The position numbers and the translations under genes are program-made. DNA of 60,000 bases, taken from positions 110,362,001 to 110,422,000 of the forward strand of contig NW_024704742.1 in the NCBI RefSeq assembly GCF_018977255.1, in the 5' to 3' direction. Positions 1 to 11,940 of the stretch are shown one piece after another (position 1 is the stretch's first letter; each line of letters starts with the position of its first letter). Source of the DNA: Callorhinchus milii (Eukaryota). Under the pieces are notes generated by a model. It was given only the letters and a program-made list of their open reading frames with translations. It had not been told where the DNA came from and ran no database searches.

Positions 1-175
1 GTGGACCACAAAGATCCCAATGGCGCTATGATATTTTGAAAGAAGAGTTCAGAGTTTTTCCAATTTCCTGAAATTTTGACCCTCATTCAAATGTACTGCA
101 TTGCTGTCTGTTTGGCCCTCACAGATTAGCTACTGTGTTTGCCTATTTTAAACCACATTTCAAAGTAAAGTAAAT
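1..175 (+). mobile_element. Deu-domain SINE fragment (SacSINE/AmnSINE-like), cut by window edge
   Basis: gtggac..aaagatccca.tggcgctat..ttgaaa..agag matches the core of the copies at 4490, 27556 and 42205. Confidence 0.6.
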
Positions 176-178
176 GCA

Positions 179-985
179 ATAACAACAACAAAATTACATT
201 TATATAGCGGCTTTAAAGTTGGGAGGACGTCCCAAGGTGCTGGCAATCAGTGTTTCTCATCCGAGCTGGGGATCAAGATTGGGAAGGGTGGAGAGCAGTG
301 GGGGAAGGAGAGTGATCAAAGGCATGGTCAAAGAGGAGGGTCTTAAGATGGGTCTTGAAGGAGGCAAGAGTCGTAGCAACTGTGGGATAGAGTTCCAGAG
401 GATGGAGGCAGACTGGCGGAAGACCTGCCCCGGAGGCGGCTGAGTGGAGGGAGCAGGCAGGTTAGAGGGTCACAGAGATAGGGGGGAGCAAGCCCATGGA
501 AGGCTTTGAAGGTAAGGACCAGGATCTCGAACTGTGTAATGGGAAGCCAGTGGAGTCGGGCGAGGATGGGGGAGACGGGGTTGCGGAGCCTGGTGCGGGA
601 GAGGATACGGGCTGCAGAGTTCCGGATGATTTGCAACCTATGGAGGGAGGAGTTGGGGAGGCCGACAAGCAGGAAGTTTTCGTAGTCGAGCCTGGATGTT
701 ATGAATGCTTGTATGAGGGTCTCGGCGGCCTGCAGTGTGAGACAGTGGCGGAGCCAGACAGAGTTGCGGAGGTGGGGGAAGGCAGAGCGGGACATGCCAT
801 GGATGTGGGGTAGAAAGGATAGTTGAGGGTCAAACAAGATGCTAAGATTCCAGACTGGCTTTGTAAGATGGAGTGTGCATCCATGGATGGTGATGCTATC
901 AGTGCCTGAGGTGTGGAAGTGTTGACGGGAGCTAATCACGAGGGCCTCGGTTTTGTTGACTTCAACTGTAGAAAGATAGCTCTCA
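179..985 (-). mobile_element. L2 LINE, 5'-truncated 3' fragment
   Basis: Minus ORF 343..939 has L2 ORF2 C-terminal motifs (AETLIQAFITSRLDY, LQII.NSAAR, LARLHWLPI). The 3' end ccttgggacgtcc..gctatataaatgtaattttgttgtt lies at 179-240. Confidence 0.92.
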
Positions 986-2864
986 ACAATCGTGTTGTTA
1001 TTATTTTTTATTCACAATCCTATTGCAAAGACATGCACCGAACGATAGGTAACCCACATCAGAAAGGTGCTGCCAATTATATCAATACATATTGATCGAT
1101 GATCATTTCTCAGTCAAGACTAATTGAGCTCAAAATCTGCAATCATTGTCCCACTTTATATAAAATAAAGTATTTGAAGTGGCTATGCCATTTGAGCCTG
1201 ATTCTATGGTTTTGAAAGCTGAACTTCCTTTGGATTCATTAAAAAGTTTTTGAGTGATGGAGCAAGTGATTCAGGAGAAAAGCAAGAGTTCCCAAGCTGA
1301 TGGGTAGGAGCAGTGTGTTAATACACAACAACAGTCCCATTTCTTGTTAGAGCAATTCAACTGATTGTTTGGAAACATTTCCAAAGTGATTTGCAGATGA
1401 ATACATTGGAGGTGGAGGAAATCAGCTCATTTCTTGAGAAGTAACTAGCAAACGTGGCAAGGGATGTTTATTTTCTCGTATATTAAACAATAATTGTACA
1501 ATGGCAATTTAACAAATAAAACAACTTTGAGATTTGAATATCATTGTGGTCAAGAGTGACACTGGTGGCCAGTCAAGGAATTGTGACAGGGTTCAGAGAG
1601 GTCAGAAACTGCTTCTGCGACAAGTTAACAGCTGACTGGATACATTACTGTACAATAGACAGTGCTGCAGACAATGTGCATAGAGCTACTGTGACAGAAG
1701 GCAACAAGCGTTCCTGGACCACAGCTGAGAAGTGAAACGAGCAAAGTATTACGAAAAAAAAGACGTATAAAGAAAATAGGTGACAAATGTACCTTTTTTC
1801 AAACCAAAGTAAATGATGTAATAAATGGAATTGAAAACACATTGTCAAGAATTAAATCAAATTAAAAAAAAATTCTCCTAACTTGGTGACCTCTATTGCA
1901 CTCCAGTTTGCATTTTAACATTTTTCTCTCATCACATCTTGCTCCAGAAACTGCGAGTCTTGTTGCAGAACAATTGCCCTTGGGCATCCCGGGCCTCAGA
2001 ATGTTTATATATATATATTACATTTGTAATCCTTTATTGGATAATTATTTTCATTCTTGTGCAGATACGTATTGGTCTGGAAGAGGGGGATCTTAACTTG
2101 TCTTCTCATTAAGCTTTACTTTCATTGGCAAATCTCTGGTGCTGACGATAAGTGTAAAAGGAGAAGGAAAGTGATATTTTCGGTATTGGTTTACACAATA
2201 GAGCTGTTGCATTTATATTACACTTTTGGTTAGAATTTGCTCTGAAGTAAATAGGTTGTTTCCTTATGCTTTAACCTGTGTGGAGCTGGCATGCTGTTCA
2301 TGGAAGTTCAGGCAATGTTACTGCTGTTCTGCAAAGTGAAGACTGGAACAATTAGGAACCAGGAGCAAGTGGTGACTGAACAAGATTAAGACACAAGGGA
2401 GGAGTGTTGACTGAGCAACATCAAAGCAAAAAACGTGGGAGATGGTAGGGCTCTACTGATTTCTAAGCCAAATAATTTTGCTTTCCCTCAGGTTTCATCA
2501 GAAGTGAAATGTATATTCTGCATAGAGTTGGACTGTGGAAGGTACAAAATAAATCCTTTTGGTTGTAAGCACAGACTGGATCACAACATATTCTGTAGCA
2601 ATTCAATATTGTCAATGTTTAATGCATTACAACAACAACACCACCACCAAAATTACATTTATAGAGCGCCTTTCACGTCAGGACACGGTGCATACTCAGC
2701 TCCCAAATTATCTTGCAATTAGTTCCAGGGAAAACTAGAATAGACCCTGCAAAGTTTGATGATTTATTTTGATCTCCTTTGTTCCAGATTAAGAATAGTT
2801 GTCATACGCAGGGGATTCAATTTTGGCCAATCTTGACATTGTTCTGGGCCAAATAGCAAGAAGA

Positions 2865-3235
2865 AAGAACTTGTATTTTTAGGTGTCTTATCACGTGCAA
2901 ATATCTCATAATATTAAATGTGTAAAGCACTTTGAGACACCCTCCTCAAGTGAAAGACACTATATAAATTCAAATTGGATTGTATAATGTTTGAATAAGC
3001 AATTACCATCAGGTATAGTCTAATGTGGTGACTGTATTTGTACGTAAACATGACAGCCATTTCTGTCATCAAGGTCTCACAAACAACCATATGGTGAAAG
3101 GTCATTTAATTTGGAGGACTGTTAGTCAGATCACCAGGAGTCTCCCTTCTTTTTTTTGAATAGTGTCACGTGCAACACAACTTGGATATCGAACAGTGTT
3201 GTCCAACAGAAATCACTGACTAGCCACAAGTGACA
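2865..3235 (-). mobile_element. Degenerate Deu-domain SINE / L2-tail composite
   Basis: Reverse-complement similarity to the Deu-SINE core (caccaggagtctcccttct..ttgaatagtg) and tail. Confidence 0.45.
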
Positions 3236-3652
3236 CCATTTCAGCTACACGCACTATTTTTAGTAGCCTTACATACACTCTCACAATACATGTGAATGTA
3301 CTTCACATATATGTTTACATGTATATTTACCTAACATACATCTGCTTAACAAACATCTATCACAATTCAGTGTGAAACTTCACACTTTCACCAAATCGGC
3401 AGGCTGCTTTTCCTTTCACCTGTAACCAGGGAGTAAGTGCTAGCTTTCAGTAGCATTATTATACGGAGAGATGAGCTGTCAATTGTGGTCAAATCCACCA
3501 ATCAGAAAACCACTCAAAGACAGCAGAAGAAAGTACACCCAGTCAATAATGAAAGATATGTTTGTGGCAAGAACACTTTTTTATTTGATAATTTTATTTA
3601 AGAATTTTAGTATTTATCTGTAAAGAAGTAAGTGACTTTTCGAAAAATAGGT

Positions 3653-3870
3653 GGGGTCTATTTTATGGCATTTCTTAAAGCGATTTCTTAATTAAGAAAT
3701 TCGGTCTGTCACTGACTCGTAGAAACTCCGCTCCAAATCATTATAGTTTCAGAATGGGATTCCTTCCTCCTGACGTAACGTTTATGACTTCCAACTGGTT
3801 ACAGGAAGGAGCCGACACTCAGATTTCTTATTTAAGAAATCACTGTTAGAATTACTGCAAAATTGAGCCT
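3653..3870. mobile_element. MITE with long imperfect terminal inverted repeats (possibly PIF/Harbinger-type)
   Basis: Left end ggggtctattttatggcatttcttaaagcgatttcttaattaagaaat versus reverse complement of right end aggctcaattttgcagtaattctaacagtgatttcttaaataagaaat. Confidence 0.65.
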
Positions 3871-4489
3871 GATATTTGAGAATTACATTAAAATAACAGG
3901 GAATAACATGATTATGAAAAGGAAATTAGGAGTATTTCTTGCTTTCGATCATTGTTCAGCAATCCTTGCTGGAGTGGTGGCTTGCAATGGATTACTTGTA
4001 CTGCAGTCAAATAGCCTGCTGACATTCACTATAAAGGGCCATACGTGGGTAAGGGAACTTAGGCAAAGTACAAGGGGTGACCAGTGTTCATGGAACTAAA
4101 TCCCAATAAAAGAAAAAAAAAAAAAATTACTTTAATAGGAGGATGAGGGTTGGAAATTGGTATAAACAGGACTCAGAGTGACATACAAAATGCTGTTACA
4201 CTGCACCTCTGAGAGCAGGGATACATCATTACACTTCTCCCATAAGTTTTGTAGAGCATTTCTGGTGCCATTTGTTTGAATGGTCTGTGTGCTGGAAAGG
4301 CAGGTTTCAGGATAATTACTAGCAGCATCTTTTATCCTCTTTTACATCTCATGAGTTGGTTTTCGTCAAATCCCGACCAGATGTTACAACTGTTTCAGGA
4401 CTTCAGGTATGAAGGTAAATCTTCTATAAACAAGTGTGGTAAAAATTGTGAGTCTTTTTCCTGTACTGTTGTCTCTTGTTACACTGCAT

Positions 4490-4792
4490 AGTTTGAGGTG
4501 CCATCCTTTGAATGAAACATTAAACCAAAGTTCCGTTTGCCTCTTCAGGTGGATTTTAAAGATCGCATAGCGCTATTCAAAAAAGAGAAGGGAATTTCTC
4601 CAGTGTCCTTGTCAACAACTTCCAAGATAAAGTTGGTCATTCACTGCAGACAGTTTGTGGGAATATTGGCAGCCGCGTTCACCTAAGAATACCCAGTCAC
4701 TACACTTTGCAGGAAAAAGCCTGTGAAGCACCTTGAGCCATTTTGATGATATAATAATACGCTATATCAAATGGAAGGATTATATTATTATA
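4490..4792 (+). mobile_element. Deu-domain SINE, core and tail
   Basis: gaggtgccatcctttgaatgaaacattaaacc..ttcaggtggat..aaagatc..gctattc core, then the shared tail ctgtgaagcac..gctatatcaaatg..gattatattatt. Confidence 0.75.
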
Positions 4793-5604
4793 AAAGTTAT
4801 TCTAAGCACATGCAAAGAGGCTTAATTTTTCTCATGGTTTCTTCTTCTCAAATAGAGCTTGGCATAGAGTTACTTGCTTTCCACAAATGAGCCATCACTC
4901 CATCAATAACCCTGGGGCAGAGATTCCATCTAGGTCTATTGTTAGTCTATTTATGTAGCATTTAAGATAATCCAGAAATTGGCAAAATCTTAAATTCAGC
5001 CTTAATTTGGAGCCAATTTTCTGTAACTTCCCGACCAATTGCTCAGATCATTAGCAGAATTAGCACATATGTGACATCTCCACATAAATCAGATTCCAGT
5101 TATTTAATGCTCAGTTACTGTTCAGTTTATTTCAGACTGCTACCAACTCTATGATCCCAAAAATAAAAATTCGATTGATGGACCACAACAATGCTGACAT
5201 GACACAAAATGCCACCATAAACAAATGACATTATTTAATTCAGGAATCAGCTGCTAGAATTTAAGATTCTGCAGCTCTATCATCATACAGCGTTTGAAAG
5301 GATTCCTTTCCTGTCTCTAGAAGGACACATAAAAATGGCCGGCTTCCATTAAATAAATCGTTAATGTAAGTGGTTTTGACTTTGGTGTTAGCTTAAGTAG
5401 AGTGGCAAAAATATTTCCATTTGCCTAACTGTTCTGAGTGAGTCATGTTGATGTGCGGGTAGCCAAGGCAACAGAACAGAGGCATACGTACAGACATTTT
5501 TTGGTAACTTCTCTCCCACTCCTACCATACTACAACAAAATAACCAGTGTAACAAGCCTAAATTTACAAGTCCTTGGACATGGAATCAGAGCATAAAGAT
5601 GTTA

Positions 5605-5735
5605 TTATAATAATAATAATACAAATAATAGTAATCTTTGCATTTGATATAGGGCCTTATCATGTTGTTGAGACGTCTCGAAGAGATTCACAGAATATAT
5701 TGTAAAGTGAATTGACTGTGTATTTTGTGGGCAAA
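5605..5735 (-). mobile_element. SINE 3' tail fragment
   Basis: aataatc.ttgcatttgatatag..ttcacagaatata.tgtaaagtgaattgactg is the reverse complement of the SINE tail at 41617-41730. Confidence 0.75.
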
Positions 5736-6507
5736 ATTAAAGTGGGATTGCAATTAGAACCAAGGTCAGAGTCAAGAACCTTGCATTTCTTTTGTCTGTC
5801 ACTTCCAGATCTATTGAGCCAAGCAAGCACATCCAGCGTTACCTCGTGCTATCAACCTTGCCACTTTCAATGGTTTCAAATCCTTTGATTGATACTTGTG
5901 CTTATACAGTAAAAAGATAGTGTAATAAATTGGGGAGGGAGGGAGGGGAAAGCAAAGGGAATCAACTTTGTGTCAAGGGACAGTATCAAGTACTGCCCTT
6001 GAACTGGAATGGGTTCAATTGTAAACACCTTCCCCAGTGCACAGGGACCACAACCACAGGAGCACACATTCTGCTGCAGAATGTCATTTCTACACTCAAT
6101 GGAGTCTGTTCCGTGGACTTTCATCCTGTTTGGCCTGGAGAAATTCAAACCCAAATCCCAGAGGTGAAAAGAAAGTATTCTAATTTTATTGCAGCCAGGC
6201 TTTCCTCAAGCTCTTCTGTTTGAATTGAGAAAGTTCAGAGGTTTTGCTGAAGTGAGGTTCAGTGATTCAGTAATAAAACACTCACCACACACCTCAGAAG
6301 GTAGGTAAGTGCAGTGCTGAAACTCAGTGGGAGTCAAATAGCCAAACGTATCTAATGTAATATCTGATACCTGGTGGCAGACAATGACAGCACTTGACTT
6401 TGTTAAAAGCATTCTCTGGAATATCAGACTCCAACTGGGGCATTGCAATGTGCAGTTTTGGATTGGTTTCAGCAATTTCTGGGAACCAATGGAATTTAAG
6501 AATCTGA

Positions 6508-7075
6508 TAGGATGTCCAGCCAATAATTGGAAGTACATCACGAGCATCTCAGATGATCACAAGATGAGTTAGGATGAAGAAGGCCCTACAGCCCATCTGA
6601 TCTCATTCTTCCTGAATGGCCACTCTATTGTCCTCCCATGACAGCATCAAGCATAAAGTCTTGTTTCCACATAAAGCCTATGGTATTTTGAGTTGGAATG
6701 TGTTAGATATAGAATTTGTCTCCATTCAAGCTACATCCCTGCTTTGTGTAGTCAGAAAAGCAATCTTTTGCATTGGGAGTCACCAATGATTCAGACAGTT
6801 GCTGATGGGAAATCTTGCCGGCTAGACTTCACAACCGATTATTGAGTCTCTACTATGAAGACTGTAAGTAGGTTCTGGGCCAGAAAGGGTGGCTGATTTC
6901 CCAGGAAGTTAGGCATTTTAAGAAAAACAGCTTGATAATGTGATGGGAGGTCAGTACAGTGGGCATTCAGGAAGGATGAGATCAGGTGAGGTGAAGGGCC
7001 TTCTTCATCCAAACTCATCTTGTGATCCTGTGAGATGCGGGTGATGGACTTCAATTATTGCCTGGACAGCCCATT
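6508..7075. repeat. Inverted repeat, arms about 145 bp (6508-6652 and 6930-7075), spacer about 280 bp; arms resemble an old CR1 3' end
   Basis: ggatgtccagccaataattggaagtacatcacgagcatctcagatgatcacaagatgagttaggatgaagaaggccc aligns with the reverse complement of 6995-7073. The ORF track shows SISDDHKMS on plus and RISQDHKMS on minus. Confidence 0.9.
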
Positions 7076-7399
7076 AGTGACACTAAGCCACTATTAGCAA
7101 GTTCCCTCTTTCTTCCCCCAAGTCTTTCTTTATTTGGAATTTGATCACAACTAAAGTGACTGTTATTGGTGAAGCTGATATTAAAGAACATTATGATGTA
7201 CAGTTTGGTGTCTGTATGACTTGAGGAAGAGGTGCACCAAGCTGAATATGGTGGTCTCACTGCTTCTGACACAGATAATTTGACAGCTGGTTATTATGCC
7301 AATTATCTAGAGCTACTCCAAGTTATTTCAATTAAATGACTGTTATAGCCATGTCAAATCTTGGCACAACAAGGAATCAAGATACATCGATAAATGAGA

Positions 7400-7540
7400 A
7401 AAATGAGAATAGAAGGGGTATGGGAGAAGGAGTTATGAGAGGAGTGGAGGCTCATGTGGAGTGTAAGCCCTGGAATGGTACTAGTTGAGCCGAATGGCCA
7501 GTTTTCATGCTGTTGCATTCTGTGTAATTCTTTGTAATTC
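7400..7540 (+). mobile_element. CR1 LINE 3' end
   Basis: tgagccgaatggcc..ttttcatgctg..attctgtgtaattctttgtaattc: CR1 terminal stem-loop plus ATTCTRTG-like tail. Confidence 0.7.
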
Positions 7541-9534
7541 ACATGTGATCAATTATTTAATCGAGAGGAATCGCTGACCAGGATGTACTTTTTCACACAA
7601 CTTTATAGTTCCTGAATTTCCCACTGACCACTTAGCCATTAGCTTTACTCCTGCCCACAAAACACAGTCACTGCAATTTACAGTATAACTTGTGAAATGG
7701 TTTGGGATAATAATAATAATCCTTGCATTATTGATGTGTTCCCGATGTGAAAGGCACTATACCAAATGTAAGGATTATCATCATTATTATGAAGACCCTG
7801 TGTAGGTAAGGTACTTGTTCTGGCCATACACAAGGATTTGTGAAAATGTAAGGAAGCCCAAAGTGGTCTTTCCAAGAGAGAGAGAAACAAATCTTCCAGT
7901 CACTTGAACACTGGTTATTAAAATAAATCAATTTCCTAAAGCCTGGCTAAATCTGCTCCTAGTTACAGGACCTACCTACTTCAAATAGAAGTTTACAGTC
8001 AAAAGATAGAAGTTCTAACAGCCGGCTTTGTTCTGGAGTGGGGCAGGGGTAAAGCTGATAGCTAAAGCAGATCCCTTTGAGCTTACAATGGCTGCTTTGC
8101 ACAAGGAACAGCGCTCGTAATAATATTTGAGGTAGAAAAGAAACTTTGATAATTCTTGCAAGTCATAGTTAAATAATGTAGCAATGCTTAGACTAGTTGA
8201 ACAGTTGTTGAAAAATGTTCAGTTGCTGGCACAGTGAATTGATTTAAAGAATTATATGAAAAGTCAATGTGTATGACATCAGCACACTGCATATAATGGA
8301 TGATAATGGATTGTGGGCATGATTTTATACCACTTGACATCACATTACGATACTTGCACTGAATAAATGTTAACCTATAATCTCTTTAGTAGAAATGGCA
8401 TTGTTTATCTTCACTAACATTGAATGCATTGATTTTTTTTTAATGAATGCTCAAACAATCTCTGCGCCCCAGATTGATTGTTTAGATTTTCATTTTTATA
8501 GATTGTTTTTTATCATGTTCAGCTTCAAACTGACTCGCAAAGATCTGGCCTGCAAGCTCTGCATGTGCATATTCCAATTTAATTTTGAATTGTTTCTATT
8601 TCTCATTTTGTCTCTGAAATGGCTGTTCAGCTGACCTCTGCTCTGCCCCTTTAACCTTTGACTTGGAGAAATATGACCAGTGGCAGATCGAGGAATAGCA
8701 AATTAATAGAAGTGCTGCATGTTAATTGCATAAGAGAACAGCCAAAGAATTCATCACCTCAGTCATGGCCATTACTTCCCTTTGACCTCTTCTCCCACAA
8801 GGCTTTTCCTTGCGGTCACATCTGTGGTTTTCCCATTTCCTTCATGTTTACCACATAATTATTCAAAATCAAACCTTATTAATCAAGTTGATCCTGCATT
8901 TTAAATGGAAATTGCAGGATTAATACAAGCATCCATTTCATCCTGAAAATCTGGATGGCTTTAGCTCAGAATCCAATTGGAATACAAAAGAAGGATGTAG
9001 GGTCCTGATTGAATTAGAAGCTTTGTACTGGCCTAAAAATTTAAATTCCAGTCGGGTGTTTCAGTCTAAGCTAAATAACTGGATTTTAATACACTTCAGA
9101 ATGTTGTTTCTTCTCTAATTGTAAAAAGAAATACTTACCAGTACTAATTCTCTTTTGCTGCTGTGCTTTTGCTTCTTTATGCCATTCTTGTATTGAGCTT
9201 AGGGACAGGTGATCTGCAGATGAGTCTTGCTATCTGTCCCTATACATCATAGTGGCTTTAATGCCAGTGAACTGCATCCTGCTTCAAATCAAAACAGTGG
9301 ACGGTGCTTTCATGAGTCAGTGTAATGGTCTAATTATGAAACTGGGATATAATTTGCAGGTTGGGTTAACCAAGGGCAAACACACATATGTGCCCTTAAT
9401 TGCATATGCACCAAATGACAAAAAAGGCTCCACAAATACTTGTAATAATTTTCATTTGTTGTTAATGATATCATAATAATGTAATTCCTTTTGTATACAC
9501 AAGATTGCTCATGGTTAACCCAGTATGCAAATTA

Positions 9535-9800
9535 ATAATAAATAGTAATAATCATCCTTACATTTGATATAGCTCCTTTCATGTGTGGAGGACGTCTCAA
9601 AGTATTTCACAGAATATGCTGCAAAGTAATTTTATTGGGGATTGTTGGGAGGAGCTCCCTTCTCATTTTAAATGCAAGGATTATTATTATTATTTCAAAT
9701 AGTGCCATGCTCCGAACAGGCAGACATGACCTTGGTTTAATGTTCCATCTGAAGGCTGTCAGCTCTCAACAGTGTAAGCACTATCAATTGAACCAGGCTG
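9535..9800 (-). mobile_element. Deu-domain SINE, internally deleted
   Basis: tttcaaatagtgccatg..gaacaggcagac..ccttggtttaatgt.ccatctgaagg is the reverse-complement core; tail at 9535-9630. Confidence 0.65.
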
Positions 9801-9882
9801 ATACACAAATGTTGTACATGGCTTACACCCATTATATTTGCAAATAAAAGCACTAACACCACATTAGAGTGTTAGACTAGAC

Positions 9883-10800
9883 CAGTGTGGTCCAACCTTT
9901 TGGGCATTGAGGGCTGGATGTCACATTTGAGAAATGTTAGTGGGCCGCATAAGCAATATTTTTGTTTTTCCCTTCCAGAAACATAAAAGAATCATATAGA
10001 AATCCTATGTTTTGCATTGTGTGACTGTATTACTTAATAATGATCATCTCAAATGAAAATATATACATCAGATTTTTTAATATATTAAAGTCAAAACACA
10101 AGATGTCTACTCAGCATATTGAGAATGCTCAACAAAACCCAAACAGATTAATCCATAATTGCAAAACTAACTCTGAATATCAACACAGATATGACTTGCA
10201 AGAAAACAAGGCACTGAGGTTTTCCATTAGTTTCAATAAACAAGTAATCCACTTCCCACTTACACTGAAATCCTTCCTCTATTTCCAAGAGTACTCGCCT
10301 TGCAAGCAAGAGGACCCTGGTTTGATTTCCGGCAGGGCGAAATGTTGGGCAAGTTTCCTTACTCCACAAGCCTCTGCTTACCTAGCAGTAAGTAGGAACC
10401 CAGTTGTTAGTCGATTGGGGGATTGGTTTTCGAGGGCTAATAATTCCTTCAAAATAAATAAAAATAATTTGGTCACTCAATCCACGACTGTTTGTGGGAC
10501 ACTGCTGTGCACAATTGGCTGCTGCGTTTCACCCAGAAAATATACCATCAATTCACTTTACAGTATATTCTGTGAAGGGCTTTGAGACGTCTTGAAGATT
10601 TGTAAGGCATTATATCAAATGCAAGAATTATTATTATACTTCCCACTCTGCCCTTCTACCTGTCACTCTCCGGCCTGCCTCATGGAGACTGACCAGAATA
10701 GAGGCACAAGCGTGAGGTAAAGCAGTGAAGTCAGAAATAGTTTTGCGTGCCTGACAAAATCATCCCCCAGAATGATTGCGGCCTGTGGACGTAGACTATC
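9883..10800. mobile_element. hAT (Charlie-like) non-autonomous DNA transposon remnant with nested SINE
   Basis: Left end cagtgtggtccaaccttttggg..gagggctgga..gtgggccgca follows gactagac (resembles the NTCTAGAN target). A degenerate right subterminal gcgtgcctgacaaaat..tgcggcctgtggacgtag lies at 10745-10795. Right TIR not intact. Confidence 0.5.
10288..10638 (+). mobile_element. tRNA-Ala-derived SINE, long variant, 5'-truncated
   Basis: Same head remnant and tail as the 10806 copy, plus an extra central segment (about 10372-10435). Confidence 0.85.
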
Positions 10801-10805
10801 AAAAG

Positions 10806-11105
10806 GGAGTTCTCTAGCTCAGCGGTTAGAGCACTCACCTCGCAAGCGAGAGACCTGGGCTCGATTCCCGGCAGGGCGAAACCTTGGGCAAGTTTCCTTA
10901 CTCTACATGCCTGATAATAATCCCTCAAGAAAAAAAACAATAATAAATTGATCACTTCAATCCATGACTATTTGTGGGAAACTGCTGTATGCAATTGACT
11001 GCCGCATTTCGCCCACAAATATACAGTCAATTCATTTTACAGCATATTCTGTGAAGTGCTTTGAGACATCTAGAAGACGTGAAAAGCACTATATCAAATG
11101 CAAGG

Positions 11106-11164
<59 letters not shown>
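10806..11164 (+). mobile_element. tRNA-Ala-derived SINE, full length, long (ATT)n tail
   Basis: A box tagctcagcggttagagc, anticodon-like loop ctcgcaa, B box gctcgattccc, L2-like 3' end, about 19 TAT units. Confidence 0.92.
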
Positions 11165-11248
11165 GTGAGTTCAAAGTCTCGACATGGGGCCTGAGCCCAC
11201 AACCTTCTGACTTATAAGCGAGAGTACTGCCAAATGAGCCAGGCTGAT
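11165..11248 (-). mobile_element. Deu-domain SINE 5' (tRNA-like) head fragment
   Basis: ggggcctgagcccacaaccttctgact..gagagtactgccaaatgagcc is the reverse complement of the head at 27556-27630. Confidence 0.7.
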
Positions 11249-11439
11249 ACACAAATCTTGCACATGGTTTACAGACATTATATTTGTGAATAAACACAAT
11301 TTGATTCCACCCCTGGGACTGCCTGAAGTTTTCTTTTCCCATATTAATGCTGTTCCCTTAAACTTCCAGTTACTCCAGACCTCCAATTTCATTCATCAAA
11401 ACGTCTGAACAGTTCCCATATTAGTTGAGTGGTGAAGGC

Positions 11440-11790
11440 ATGGTTAAATTCCATACCACACTGAGTAAATCGATCTTAGCCAAGGCAGTGGTTGGGATTC
11501 TGCAGTTGCCTCAGGGGGAAATCAGCCAGGGTTCCCACCCCTGATTGCTTCTGGAATATACGAGCATGTAGGTTTTGGTGAGGGTAGGTTTAGGCTCAGC
11601 TGTGATGTTTCCCATAGTCAAATAGCCTGCCAACACTCACTGTCAAGGTTCACACATAAATAATTACCACTTGGTTGAGTGAGGTCCTGGAGGGCGACCA
11701 CTGCCTGTGGAACCACGCTGCAGTGGAACAAAAAAAAGGAGTTAAAAATGCCTTCTGGACAGGGAGAAAATTGGGGGGAAAAAGATAAAG
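11440..11790 (+). mobile_element. Ancient SINE-like repeat (unnamed family, copy 1)
   Basis: Blocks ggggaaatcagccagggttcc, aatagcctgccaacactcactgtc and ccacttgg.tgagg are shared with 21445, 24530(rc), 46085 and 52390. Confidence 0.65.
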
Positions 11791-11897
11791 AACAAAACAA
11801 CTGCATAACATTATGGAAAAGACAGTTAGTAGATTCAGTCTGTTTCCTAACTGGCGCAAATATACCATTAAACATTTGGTGATATTATGTACTAGCT

Positions 11898-11940
11898 TGT
11901 GTGTGTGTATGTGTGTGTGTGAGAGAGAGAGTGAGTGAGA
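11898..11940. repeat. Compound (GT)n(GA)n microsatellite
   Basis: tgtgtgtgtgtatgtgtgtgtgtgagagagagagtgagtgaga. Confidence 0.9.

Noticed and set aside
2492..2541. 50-nt plus exon candidate
   Set aside because: Good acceptor but weak donor (gtacaa) and unrecognised peptide.
10040..10585. 181-aa plus ORF as a host gene
   Set aside because: Runs from AT-rich transposon interior through a SINE; no recognisable domain.
10806..10878. tRNA-Ala gene (also 26437 and 41870-41941)
   Set aside because: Continues directly into a shared SINE body and tail; acceptor stem is not intact.
10964..11342. Poly-Tyr and poly-Asn ORFs
   Set aside because: Translations of the SINE (TAT)n tail.
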